Below, piece by piece: positions 1 through 10,954 of a stretch of 64,000 bases of DNA. The notes beneath the pieces are model-generated. The model was given only the letters and a program-made list of their open reading frames with translations. It searched no databases and was not told the DNA's origin. Made by a program: the position numbers and the translations under genes. This stretch comes from Candidatus Latescibacterota bacterium (GTDB lineage Bacteria; Latescibacterota; UBA2968; GCA-2709665): contig OZ252100.1 in the NCBI GenBank assembly GCA_965248435.1, forward strand, positions 4,192,001-4,256,000, in the 5' to 3' direction. Within the stretch, counting starts at the first letter, position 1, and every line of letters starts with the position of its first letter.

Positions 1-11
1 TGATCGGCCAG

Positions 12-1001
12 CTAGGCCTGCTGGAATAGAGACCGAACTCCCTCCAGGACCTTCTCCTTGTTTGGAATCGTCTCGAACTCGATCGACGGGCTGAAGGGTA
101 CCGGTACATCCATCGCCGCGATCCGGGCGACGGGGGCATCCAGGTAGTCGAAGGCCCCCTCCGTGATCGTGGCGGCGAGCTGTGCCGTGATCCCGAAATT
201 CCTGCATCCCTCATCGACGATCACGACTCGACCGGTCTTGGAGGCAGAGGCGACGAGCGTATCCTGGTCGAGCGGAACCAGGGACCTGGGGTCGATCACC
301 TCGGCAGAGATGCCTTCTTTTTCCAATTCCGTGGCCGCGTCGAGGGCGACGTAGACCATACTGGAGGTCGCCACGATGGTCACGTCATCTCCCTCGCGTT
401 TGATGTCGGCCTCGCCCAGGGGAATCGTGTAATCCTCTTCGGGAACGGGTCCCTCTTGACGGTACATCATTTTATGTTCGAAGACGATCACGGGATTATC
501 ATCCCGGATTGCCGTTTTCAACAGACCTTTTGCGTCATAGGGCGTAGACGGCAGCACGACCTTGAGGCCGGGAATGTGCGCAAACCAGGCGTGGAGGCTT
601 TGTGAGTGCTGGGCGGCCGAGGACCGTCCGGCGCCCATGGTAATGTGAACCGTGAGCGGCACCATAGCCTGGCCCCCGGACATGTATCGGATCTTGGCAG
701 CCTGGTTGACGAGTTGGTCCATCGCGAGCGTTGCGAAATCACCGAACATGATGTCAACGACGGGGCGCATTCCTGCCAGCGCTGCGCCGACACCCGATCC
801 CGCGAACCCTGCCTCGGAAATCGGTGTGTCCCGAACGCGCTCCGGTCCGAATTGATCCAGCAGACCCTCCAGGATCTTGAAGACTGACCCGTGGTTTCCG
901 ATGTCCTCTCCCATCATGAATACTTTCGAGTCCCTCGTCATCTCCTCGGCCAGGGCCTCGCGAACTGCCTCTCCGAAGGTTATGATCCGTTCTTCAGGCA
1001 T
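12..1001 (-). CDS. 2-oxoacid/acetoin dehydrogenase E1 beta subunit
   Basis: Motifs MGEDIG, DTPISEAGF, HSQSLHAWFAHIPGLKVV, EVIDPRSLVPLD. The likely start MPEERII at 1001 overlaps the E1 alpha stop. Confidence 0.93.
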   Translation of the reverse strand: MPEERIITFGEAVREALAEEMTRDSKVFMMGEDIGNHGSVFKILEGLLDQFGPERVRDTPISEAGFAGSGVGAALAGMRPVVDIMFGDFATLAMDQLVNQAAKIRYMSGGQAMVPLTVHITMGAGRSSAAQHSQSLHAWFAHIPGLKVVLPSTPYDAKGLLKTAIRDDNPVIVFEHKMMYRQEGPVPEEDYTIPLGEADIKREGDDVTIVATSSMVYVALDAATELEKEGISAEVIDPRSLVPLDQDTLVASASKTGRVVIVDEGCRNFGITAQLAATITEGAFDYLDAPVARIAAMDVPVPFSPSIEFETIPNKEKVLEGVRSLFQQA

Positions 1002-1956
1002 GGAGATCCTCCAAAACTTCGCTTGGATCGGGCATGGGGTCGGCCGTTGCCTTCTCGACGGCTTCCTCGGCCTCTTGCTGAACCGCATCATCGATCGCTT
1101 TCAGTTCATCCTCTGAGGCCGTTCCCTCGTCCACGAGCTTTTTGTGAAATTTTTGAATACAGTCTCGTTTCACCCACTCATCGATCTCTTCCTGTTCGCG
1201 GTAATGGAGGCCTGGATCGCCGACATGGTGGCCTCTGAAGCGGTACGTGATGCATTCGATCATTCCCGGGCCCGCGCCAGAACGCGCCCTTTCCACCGCT
1301 TCGCTTGCCGCCTCGTGAACGGCCAGGACATCGGTGCCGTCTACCTGGCAGTTCGGGATGCCGAATGGCTCTGCCCGCGCCGCGATGCTTTTTCCGGCCG
1401 TGACACTGTTCATCGGGGTGTATTCGCCATACTGGTTGTTCTCGCACACGTAAATCACGGGAAGCTGCCATACGGCAGCCAGGTTCATCACCTCCATCCA
1501 GACACCCTGGTTCGCCGCACCGTCTCCGAAGAAGCAGGCCGTTACTCGGTCAGTTCCCTGCATCTTTGCCGAAAGGGCAGCGCCTGTTGCAATGCCGAAG
1601 CTCCCTCCGACGATCCCATTCGCGCCAAGGATTCCGAGCTTCATGTCGAAGATATGCATGGATCCGCCCTTGCCCTTGCAGTAGCCGGTGGCCTTTCCCA
1701 TAATTTCCGCCATCATCCGGTAGAGTTCGCCGCCCTTCGCAATACAGTGCCCGTGGCCCCTGTGCGTACTCGTGATCGAATCGTCCTTTCGAAGGGAAGA
1801 GCAGACACCGACGGCGACGGCTTCCTCACCGATGTAGAGGTGGGCCAATCCAGCCATCAGACCCCTTGTGTAGACATTCCAGGTCTGTTCTTCGAACCTG
1901 CGGATCATCAGCATTCTGCGGTAGATTTCAAGCAGTTTGTCACGGTCCAATTCCAT
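994..1956 (-). CDS. TPP-dependent 2-oxoacid/acetoin dehydrogenase E1 alpha subunit
   Basis: HLYIGEEA, STHRGHGH, GKGGSMH, GDGAANQG...ENNQY TPP motif, YRFRGHHVGD. It has its own RBS (GAGGTGG, 1962-1968) before ATG 1956. Confidence 0.92.
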   Translation of the reverse strand: MELDRDKLLEIYRRMLMIRRFEEQTWNVYTRGLMAGLAHLYIGEEAVAVGVCSSLRKDDSITSTHRGHGHCIAKGGELYRMMAEIMGKATGYCKGKGGSMHIFDMKLGILGANGIVGGSFGIATGAALSAKMQGTDRVTACFFGDGAANQGVWMEVMNLAAVWQLPVIYVCENNQYGEYTPMNSVTAGKSIAARAEPFGIPNCQVDGTDVLAVHEAASEAVERARSGAGPGMIECITYRFRGHHVGDPGLHYREQEEIDEWVKRDCIQKFHKKLVDEGTASEDELKAIDDAVQQEAEEAVEKATADPMPDPSEVLEDLHA

Positions 1957-1993
1957 AGGGTCCACCTCTTGTGAATGGGCTTGCGAGTTAGAA

Positions 1994-3117
1994 CTACGGG
2001 AGGACGCCAGAACGGTGTCGACTTCCTCCACTCTATTATAGTAATGGGGCGAGAATCTTAGGCAGCCCCCGCGGACGGTTGCAACGACGCCTCGATCGCG
2101 CAAGCGCTCTAAAAGGACCTCTGCGCTGAACCCAGGGTGATGCGCCGTGACGATTCCGGATTTTTCATCAGGCCTGCGAGAACTGATGACCTTGAATCCC
2201 TTTTCTTCGAGTCCCAGGCAGAGTCGGTCTGTGAGCAAAAACACCCTCTGTTCGATTTCTTCCACGCCGACCTCGTCGATGAGTTCAAGACAGGCCTTGA
2301 GTCCATAGATTCCCGCCGTGTTGAGGGTCCCTGATTCGAACCGGCGGGCATCTGGAAGCGGGGTGGTGTCGTAGGATAGAAAATCCATCGGGTTCACGAC
2401 GTTCGCCCAGCCCAGGTCGATGCGCAGGTGATCCATCGCTCGCCGAGAGCAGAAGAAGACCGATGCACCTTCGAGTCCAAGCAGCCACTTGTGTCCGTCC
2501 GCCGAGGCGAAGTCGATTCCTGCATCAGCAGCATTGAATCTCATGACTCCCAGACTCTGGATCGCGTCCACAAAAAATAGAACACCGCGTTGACCGCAAA
2601 AATCGCCAATCGCGTTCAGGTCGTGTCTGAAACCGGACGCGAACTGGACGGAGCTGATCGACAGGAGGCGCGTGTGTTCATCCACGGCTTCGAGGAGGCG
2701 ATCCGTAGGAATGCGTCCGTTCATCTCGGGGACCCGTCTGGTCTCCACTCCCCGAGATCCCAGGCTCAACCAGGGGTAGACATTGGATGGGAACTCGCGA
2801 TCGGCGATGACCACGTTGTCCCCTCGACGCCAGGGCAATCCGTTGGCGACCATCAAGATACCATCTGTGGTGTTCTTCAGGAAGGCTATTTCGGAGGGGT
2901 GTGCGCCGATCAGGCGTGCTGCCAGCGTCCGCGTTCTGCTGTAGACCTTCTGCCACTTGGAGGCGCCCGCCATCCCGTTCTGCGCCACGTCCTTGAGGAG
3001 GCCGTTAACGGATCGGTTCACCCTTCGGGAAATGGGTGCGATTCCGGCGTGATTCATGTAGATCCATTTCCGAGTCACCGGAAAATCTTCTCGGATTCGT
3101 TCAATATCGATCGACAT
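1994..3117 (-). CDS. Class V PLP-dependent aminotransferase (cysteine desulfurase-like); reads through into E1 alpha as assembled
   Basis: YMNHAGIAP, FFVDAIQSLG, ADGHKWLLG (PLP Lys), RFESGT, LRFSPHYYN. A natural-looking stop at 1994-1996 is reached if one G is restored at 2007-2008. Confidence 0.85.
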
Positions 3118-3151
3118 GTTTACCGGAATTCGAGCGGGTCAGGTTGAGGAA

Positions 3152-4708
<1,557 letters not shown>

Positions 4709-5008
4709 TCAGTTCGTTCTCTTGTTTATAAACAAGATTGGCAGTTGGCCAAGCGCAATGTAGTAAACGCCTAAGTCGTTGGACCATAGCAAGTTTCAAG
4801 AATCGGAAGGGCGGCGATGTGGAACAGAATGGGTATATAAATGTAGAATATAGAATTTTAGGCCTTCTATGTCAACTCACAATTCCCGAATCCTCGAGGG
4901 TGGATCGGCCCCTAGCTGGCTGATCGGTCACCAGATTCATGTTGACAGCCCTTTTCCCTCAATTTACTTTCTTACAAAGCCCCTTTGCGTTGAGAGGAGG
5001 CCCGCTAC

Positions 5009-5596
5009 TTGAACATCTTTTTCCCCCTCGTTTTCTTCTGCCTCATCATGGGTCCTATTTTGCTGGTCTGGTTGAAGGGAAACCAGATCCTCGATGCTCT
5101 CGTTGCCCGCCGAGAGGTGGGTCGCAAGAGGCGCCGACGCAGATCGACCCGATCCCTCCCTGTGCGAGAGGAAGTGCTTGAAGCGCTTTTGAAAAGTGAA
5201 GGACGGCGAGAGGGGATAGAGGACCGGATTGGGAATGCCCTGATGTCTTTTCGCCAGGTCTCGGGAGAAGTCGGTGCATCCCCCCATCAAGATCCGGACA
5301 AAGACCTGGAAGGGTTGGGGCAAACGATTCTAACCCGCGAATCACATTTCAATTCCTATCTGGATGTAGCCTGGCTCCAGAGCGAAACGATTGAACTTTT
5401 GAGCCAGGAGGTGATGCTCCTCAGGGAGCTGGCAGAAGTTCCCCGTGTCTGGCCCGCCAGTGACACGACGGCTCAGTTTACCGCGGCCGAGCGTCTATCC
5501 AAGAGTGTCGAGCGAGCCGTGAAGAAACGGGAGCAGGTGGACCTTATGCTGGATCGAATCGGAGGCCGCAGGGATCAAGGCGCTGAAAATCATTGA
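5009..5596 (+). CDS. Hypothetical protein, N-terminal membrane anchor plus helical domain
   Basis: GGAGG RBS before TTG start; hydrophobic N-terminal helix followed by a basic patch. Confidence 0.6.
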   Translation: MNIFFPLVFFCLIMGPILLVWLKGNQILDALVARREVGRKRRRRRSTRSLPVREEVLEALLKSEGRREGIEDRIGNALMSFRQVSGEVGASPHQDPDKDLEGLGQTILTRESHFNSYLDVAWLQSETIELLSQEVMLLRELAEVPRVWPASDTTAQFTAAERLSKSVERAVKKREQVDLMLDRIGGRRDQGAENH

Positions 5597-5665
5597 TGCT
5601 GGCTCCTGTATAGATGGGGAACCCGATCCAGGGCCGCATCGTTTAATTAACAGCAGTAATTTGGC

Positions 5666-5694
5666 TTGACAGTGTTTTGCCCATACTTTAGATT
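5666..5694 (+). promoter_or_regulatory. Sigma70-like promoter for the TPR gene
   Basis: TTGACA-N17-TAGATT about 60 nt before the CDS. Confidence 0.55.
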
Positions 5695-5750
5695 TCCGGG
5701 CCGCTGGCCGCAATTTTTTTGAGTTAAGTCGAAGACTTTCCTCGGGTTGG

Positions 5751-6965
5751 GTGAATTCGATGGCGAAATTCGAGATGCAGAAGAAATGGCTCCTCTTCTG
5801 GGGCTGTGCCATTTCGTGCTCCATGGTTGCCGTCGCCCCGGTCGAACCCAGGGAGGCCCAGGATGCCCAACCTCTGGAGGCGCCTGTCGATTCGGCGACA
5901 CAGTCGAAGAAGCATCTTTCGTTCGGCTACCGGTACCTGAAGAACAAGCAGCATGAGGACGCAGAATCCCAGTTCAAAAAATCTTGGGAATTTAATACGA
6001 AAAACGGCAGGGCAGCTTACTATCTTGGCCGGGTTTATTATGAAACTGAGAGGTATGAAGAAGGCGCGGAGTGGATCGGCAGGTCGATCGACCTGCTTCC
6101 GAAATCGAGCAAGAATCTGAAGAATGCCTATTACTTCCTGGGGCAGATCCACGTCATGCTGGAGAACCCCGAAGCGGCGATTCGGGCCTATGAGGCTTTA
6201 CTAACGCTTTCGAATACGCCGGAAAAAGAGATCCAATACCTGCACTTTCTGGTTAACCTCCACGTGGAGATTCAAGACTACGTCGCTGCACTCGAGTATG
6301 CCCAGCGTTGGGGCGAACTCGACCCAGAGAATCCGGATGTCCAGGAGATGATCGGGAAGCTCCATTTGCACACGGGGGGAGAGGAAGAGGCGATGGCGCA
6401 GATGGAGAAGGTGATGGAGATGAATCCCGAGGACTTCGCGACCCTGGAAGATCTGGCCGACATGTATCGCGGCAGAGGGATGCCCAAGAAGGGCTTTGAG
6501 GCGTATGAGAGGCTCCACAGACACGACCCCGAGAACTTCCTGTATCTGGACTACCTTCTCGGGCTTGGGACGACCCTGGGGCGGTCCAAGGACTTTCGGA
6601 GGGGAATCCTCCACAAAATGCTCGCGCTTCAGGCGGATAACCTGAGAGTTATCGAACAGCTGGCCGATGAGACAGGGTCTCTAACCATGGTCAACCGCGG
6701 TCTCAAGATCGATCCTGGGAATGGGAAGCTGAATTACATGAAGGGGGAACACTACTATAAAAAGTGGAAATCGACATCGTCCGATCAGGATTCTGTCCGC
6801 GCGATGGGTTGGTACAGAAAGGCCAAGCGAGACCCGCAGTGGAGGGGGAATGCACAGAGGATGATCGACGAGATCGATCCGCCCCTTACAGAAGAGGAAA
6901 AGAAGCTGCAGGAATTTTTCAAGAAGAAGAAGAAGGAAAAGGTGGATATAAAGGGTAAGAAGTAA
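5751..6965 (+). CDS. Exported tetratricopeptide repeat protein
   Basis: Signal-like N-terminus; repeated TPR patterns (AYYLGRVY, AYYFLGQIH, ELDPENP). Confidence 0.85.
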   Translation: MNSMAKFEMQKKWLLFWGCAISCSMVAVAPVEPREAQDAQPLEAPVDSATQSKKHLSFGYRYLKNKQHEDAESQFKKSWEFNTKNGRAAYYLGRVYYETERYEEGAEWIGRSIDLLPKSSKNLKNAYYFLGQIHVMLENPEAAIRAYEALLTLSNTPEKEIQYLHFLVNLHVEIQDYVAALEYAQRWGELDPENPDVQEMIGKLHLHTGGEEEAMAQMEKVMEMNPEDFATLEDLADMYRGRGMPKKGFEAYERLHRHDPENFLYLDYLLGLGTTLGRSKDFRRGILHKMLALQADNLRVIEQLADETGSLTMVNRGLKIDPGNGKLNYMKGEHYYKKWKSTSSDQDSVRAMGWYRKAKRDPQWRGNAQRMIDEIDPPLTEEEKKLQEFFKKKKKEKVDIKGKK

Positions 6966-7155
6966 CCCTTTGCAAAAGACTGCACCTTTTCAGGGGCCTA
7001 TTGTCCCTGAAAATTCTTTTTGGCAGGATGTTGTGTGGCCGAGTCTACCACCCCACCTCTGTCTAGCAGGATCGAATTCCCGGAAGGAAGTCGGAAACGG
7101 CGGGAGGGAATACTGAGGGTGCCACCGACAATCCAAAACTTTTAGGGGACCTGGT

Positions 7156-7785
7156 ATGATTGATCTGTTCGTAAAAGGGGGGCCCTTTATGTGGCCTCTG
7201 TTGCTGATGTTGCTCTTCGGAATCGCGGTCAGTCTGGAGCGCCTCTGGACGCTCAGTAAGGCGTCAGTGGACACCCGAAAGTTCTTTGCGGATGTCCAGG
7301 TATCGCTCAAGCAGAAAGGCCCGGAGGGCGCCGCAGAGGTCTGCTCCAACACCCCGGGACCGGTTGCTTCCGTGCTTCACGCGGGCCTCTTGCGGCTCGA
7401 TCGTGGTCTGGATCACGTGGAAAAGGCCATCGAGGAGTCGGGCTCGATCGAGATGGCCTTCCTTGAAAAGGGCATGGTCTGGCTCTCCACGGTTGCCAAC
7501 ATCGCGCCGCTGCTCGGATTCCTCGGGACCGTAAGCGGCATGATCGGGGCGTTCGAGGCGATCGCGTTAGCCGGGGACGTGGAGCCCAGCATCGTAGCCG
7601 GCGGCATCTCCGAGGCTCTGATTACGACGGCTGCGGGGCTTTGCATAGCCATACCCATTCAGGCGTTGCACAATTTCTTCGTGTCCAAGATAGACAAGCT
7701 CATCATCGCGATGCAGGAGAGCTCTGCACAGTTCATGGATGAACTGATCCTGTTGGGTTACGGAGGAGAGGAGAAGGTGGCCTAG
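7156..7785 (+). CDS. exbB: MotA/TolQ/ExbB proton channel
   Basis: GGPFMWPL, APLLGFLGTVSGMIGAF, GISEALITTAAGL. Confidence 0.93.
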   Translation: MIDLFVKGGPFMWPLLLMLLFGIAVSLERLWTLSKASVDTRKFFADVQVSLKQKGPEGAAEVCSNTPGPVASVLHAGLLRLDRGLDHVEKAIEESGSIEMAFLEKGMVWLSTVANIAPLLGFLGTVSGMIGAFEAIALAGDVEPSIVAGGISEALITTAAGLCIAIPIQALHNFFVSKIDKLIIAMQESSAQFMDELILLGYGGEEKVA

Positions 7786-8199
7786 ATGGCCAAGAAGGCA
7801 CATTTAGAACGACGGAACAAGCCTTCCGCCGAGATCCCGACCGCATCCATGGCCGATATTGCCTTCCTCCTGATCGTATTTTTTCTGGTGACCACGACCA
7901 TGAATCAGGACAAGGGAATCGGAATGCAGCTTCCGCCAGCAGGAGAACAGAAGAAAATACAGAAGAAAAACATCTGTAACGTCTGGGTCAATGTGGATGG
8001 ACAGATCCTCATCAATCTGGAAGATGAGGTGCCTTTGAATCAGTTGCGCGGAAATATCGAACGGCGACTCGGAGAAAATGACAAGCTGATCGTCTCGTTG
8101 AAGGCGTCGGACGAGACGCCCTACACGATCTTTGTCGACGTCCTGGACGAGGTCAAGCTTTCAGGCGCAACACGGATCTCTCTAGCCTCTCCGGAGTGA
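7786..8199 (+). CDS. exbD: ExbD/TolR family protein
   Basis: IPTASMADIAFLLIVFFLVTT with conserved TM Asp. Confidence 0.92.
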   Translation: MAKKAHLERRNKPSAEIPTASMADIAFLLIVFFLVTTTMNQDKGIGMQLPPAGEQKKIQKKNICNVWVNVDGQILINLEDEVPLNQLRGNIERRLGENDKLIVSLKASDETPYTIFVDVLDEVKLSGATRISLASPE

Positions 8200-8229
8200 G
8201 TTAGCCCGTCTGCAGAGGAGGCAGACAAC

Positions 8230-8640
8230 ATGCCCGAGTTCAACAGAAAGGCGTCGGTTGGGGGCACGATTCCCACGAGCTCCATGGCGGATATCGCCTT
8301 TCTCCTTCTTATCTTCTTTATGGTGACGACGGTCTTTGTGCGCTATCGGGTAACGGGGATCGTACTGCCAAAGGCCGAGAAGATCGAGGAGATCAAGACG
8401 CGGCGGCACATCTCCTACGTATGGGTGTCCGCGGACCGCAGGATTTACATTGATGACAAGCAGGCTAAGATCAACGTCGTTGCTGGCCTGTTTTACAAAC
8501 GGCGTGTGGCAAACCCGCGTTTGATCGTGTCGCTCAAATGCGATCGAAGGGCCCCTTACGGGCTGGTCTCCAGGGTGCTTGAAGAACTGCGTAAGGCGGA
8601 CGCCCTGCGGATCAACTTCGCGACAGATAGAGAGGGGTGA
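8230..8640 (+). CDS. exbD: ExbD/TolR family protein (second copy)
   Basis: IPTSSMADIAFLLLIFFMVTT; KCDRRAPYG. Confidence 0.92.
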   Translation: MPEFNRKASVGGTIPTSSMADIAFLLLIFFMVTTVFVRYRVTGIVLPKAEKIEEIKTRRHISYVWVSADRRIYIDDKQAKINVVAGLFYKRRVANPRLIVSLKCDRRAPYGLVSRVLEELRKADALRINFATDREG

Positions 8641-9287
8641 ACGGCGTGGCGATCGTTCGAGGAAAGAATCCCGAGGCGGACCTCAAGCTAAAATATAACA
8701 GGGTCTTTTGGATCTGCGCGGCGATCTCGTTCTCCTTCCATTCGCTGATGGCGATTATTTTCCCGACGTTTGACATTGCGGCGGCGGCTCGTAGAAAAGA
8801 CCAGATCATCATCCAGATGGAGGACATTCCCGAGACGCAGCAGATCAAGCGTCCTCCGCCTCCGCCGAGGCCCGCAGAGCCCATCGAGACAGAAAGCGAA
8901 GATGTGCCGGACGACGTGACGATCGAGAGTACGGACCTCGATTTCGACGACTTTGTAGACATGGCTCCACCTCCGCCACCGGGAGGTATGGAAGAAGAAA
9001 TCATGGAGTTTTGGAAGGTCGAGCAGAAACCGGTCCCGATCAAGACTGTCGCCGCAGTCTACCCCAATATCGCACGAAAGGCGGAAATCGAGGGGAAGGT
9101 GTTCGTGCAGTTCGTCGTCGGCACGGATGGGCGTGTCAGGAACGTGCGGGTACTCAGGGGACCCGAGATCTTCAGGCAGGCGGCCATCGACGCCGTAAAG
9201 CAGTTCGTGTTCCAACCGGCGGTTCAGAATGACAAGCCTGTACAGGTTCAGATGGTGCAGCCGATCAATTTCACGCTCCGCAAGTAA
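8637..9287 (+). CDS. tonB: Energy transducer TonB
   Basis: TM helix with SFSFH (S..H motif), Pro-rich linker, C-terminal YP..ARKAEIEGKVFVQFVV...F.PA domain. Confidence 0.9.
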   Translation: MNGVAIVRGKNPEADLKLKYNRVFWICAAISFSFHSLMAIIFPTFDIAAAARRKDQIIIQMEDIPETQQIKRPPPPPRPAEPIETESEDVPDDVTIESTDLDFDDFVDMAPPPPPGGMEEEIMEFWKVEQKPVPIKTVAAVYPNIARKAEIEGKVFVQFVVGTDGRVRNVRVLRGPEIFRQAAIDAVKQFVFQPAVQNDKPVQVQMVQPINFTLRK

Positions 9288-9446
9288 AGGGGCTGTTCCA
9301 AATTTCGTATCGAAGGGCCATTGCGGAGCACGAATCCCAATGGCCTTTTCTGTTTTTTTCGGTGCTTGACACTACTAATGGAATTGGCAATATTGTTGGG
9401 TGTTCAGATGCGTGCGTTAAATCCTTGTATTTGGTGGAGTAACAAA

Positions 9447-10655
9447 ATGAAATTCATGGTTTCCGGCCTTAGCGGCCTGCTGCTGGTTCTGCTTGTCGCA
9501 TCTTCGGCACCTGCACAGGTGTCGCCCGAATCGGCGGAAAAATACGTCGAAGGTCAAGGTCTCTTCAAGAAACGCCGGTATCAGGAGGCTCTGGGGTTGT
9601 TTGAGGAGGCGATAAAGCTGGACGGGAAGAACGCACAGGCATACCGGGCCATGGGTCTTACTTACAAAAAGCTTCGCAATTATCCGAAGGCCATGGAGTC
9701 GCTTCAAATGGCCGTGACGATCAAACCGGACTATGCATCCGCCTATTACGACTTAGGGCAAATTCAGTACCAGGCCCTGGAAAAGTACGAGGATGCCCAG
9801 TCCAGCTTCAAGCAGGTCCTCGAGATCGATCCTGCTTTTGAGGATGGCAGGGCCAGGGAATACCTGAAGGCAGCCTGTGTAAAACAGGGAAGGGCACATT
9901 ACAAACAGAGGAATTACCGGAAAGCGGCCAGAGAGTACGAGGATGCCTGCCAGCTGGATCCTTCGGATGCGCTTTCCTTTTACAACCTGGGGTTGGCCTA
10001 CCGAAAGGCTCGGAACTACAAAGAAGCCGTCGAGTCGCTGACGACGGCCATCGACTTGAACCCGCACTACGGCAAGGCCCTCAGGGCACTGGGAGATCTT
10101 TACAGGGATACGAAGAAGAACAGCCTTGCGATCAAGACCTATCGGAAGGCCATCGAAAGCGAACCTGAGAATGCAACGGCATACCGTAGCCTGTCCATCG
10201 TCTACGTGCGTAGTAAACAGCCTGACAAGGCAATACAAATCCTGCGAAGGGCGGCGAAGGTCGCTCCAAAAGACAGCAAGGTTCAATCCGCGCTTGGCTA
10301 TGCTCAAATGCAGAAGAAAGATTTCAAAAGCGCCATCAAGTCCTACCAGCTGTCGCTTTCCTTGAACGGAAACAATCCACAGGCACACTATCGTCTCGCC
10401 GACGCATACCTCGAGGCCAAGCAGTACCAACGGGCCATGTTGAGTGCAAGGAAGGCGCTTCGAAGCAAATTCTCCGTTCCGGCGAACGTGATTCTGGGCG
10501 ACGCCTACGCAGGGCTCAGGCCTGAAGGCTGGAAGGGAAAGGCTATTTCGCACTACGAGAAAGGGCTGAAGGACCGCAGGTATCAAAAGTACTGTGAAGA
10601 CAAGATAGACAGGATTGTGAATCCCATGGGGGGGGCCGAAGAAGAAGCCGAATGA
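9447..10655 (+). CDS. Exported multi-TPR protein
   Basis: Signal peptide MKFMVSGL...APA-Q; about 9-10 TPR repeats. TTGACA-N17-AATATT upstream at 9366-9394. Confidence 0.88.
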   Translation: MKFMVSGLSGLLLVLLVASSAPAQVSPESAEKYVEGQGLFKKRRYQEALGLFEEAIKLDGKNAQAYRAMGLTYKKLRNYPKAMESLQMAVTIKPDYASAYYDLGQIQYQALEKYEDAQSSFKQVLEIDPAFEDGRAREYLKAACVKQGRAHYKQRNYRKAAREYEDACQLDPSDALSFYNLGLAYRKARNYKEAVESLTTAIDLNPHYGKALRALGDLYRDTKKNSLAIKTYRKAIESEPENATAYRSLSIVYVRSKQPDKAIQILRRAAKVAPKDSKVQSALGYAQMQKKDFKSAIKSYQLSLSLNGNNPQAHYRLADAYLEAKQYQRAMLSARKALRSKFSVPANVILGDAYAGLRPEGWKGKAISHYEKGLKDRRYQKYCEDKIDRIVNPMGGAEEEAE

Positions 10656-10689
10656 GAATCCGAACAGCACGTGAGGTTGGATGGAGGGA

Positions 10690-10713
10690 GGGGGCTCTCG
10701 TGAGTCCCCTTTT
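10690..10713 (+). terminator. Rho-independent terminator
   Basis: GGGGGCTC-TCGT-GAGTCCCC-TTTT after the TPR gene. Confidence 0.65.
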
Positions 10714-10747
10714 CTGTTTTACGTAACTTGTATTGCTGAAATAGGGT

Positions 10748-10775
10748 TAAAGGCTCAAAGCCTTGGGGTCGATAT
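10748..10775 (+). promoter_or_regulatory. Sigma28 (FliA/SigD/WhiG)-like promoter
   Basis: TAAA-N16-GTCGATAT versus consensus TAAA-N15/16-GCCGATAA/T. Confidence 0.5.
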
Positions 10776-10954
10776 AATTCATGCTCTTTTATTTCTACGT
10801 ACTTACAGTGATATCAGGCCCGATTTCCGAAGAACCCGAGGGCCGCAAGGGGTTGGCCGGCCAGCGTCGGTCGCTTTCAGGGGAGTCGTATCCCTGAAAA
10901 CTGGCCTGCCCGAATTTCACCTCCAGAGTCGATTCAGAATTGAGGAATTGAGCC

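Noticed and set aside
994-3117. Novel aminotransferase-E1 alpha fusion (707-aa ORF)
   Set aside because: E1 alpha has its own RBS and ATG, the linker looks like intergenic sequence, and one extra G gives a normal stop. Most likely an indel error or a trivial frameshift.
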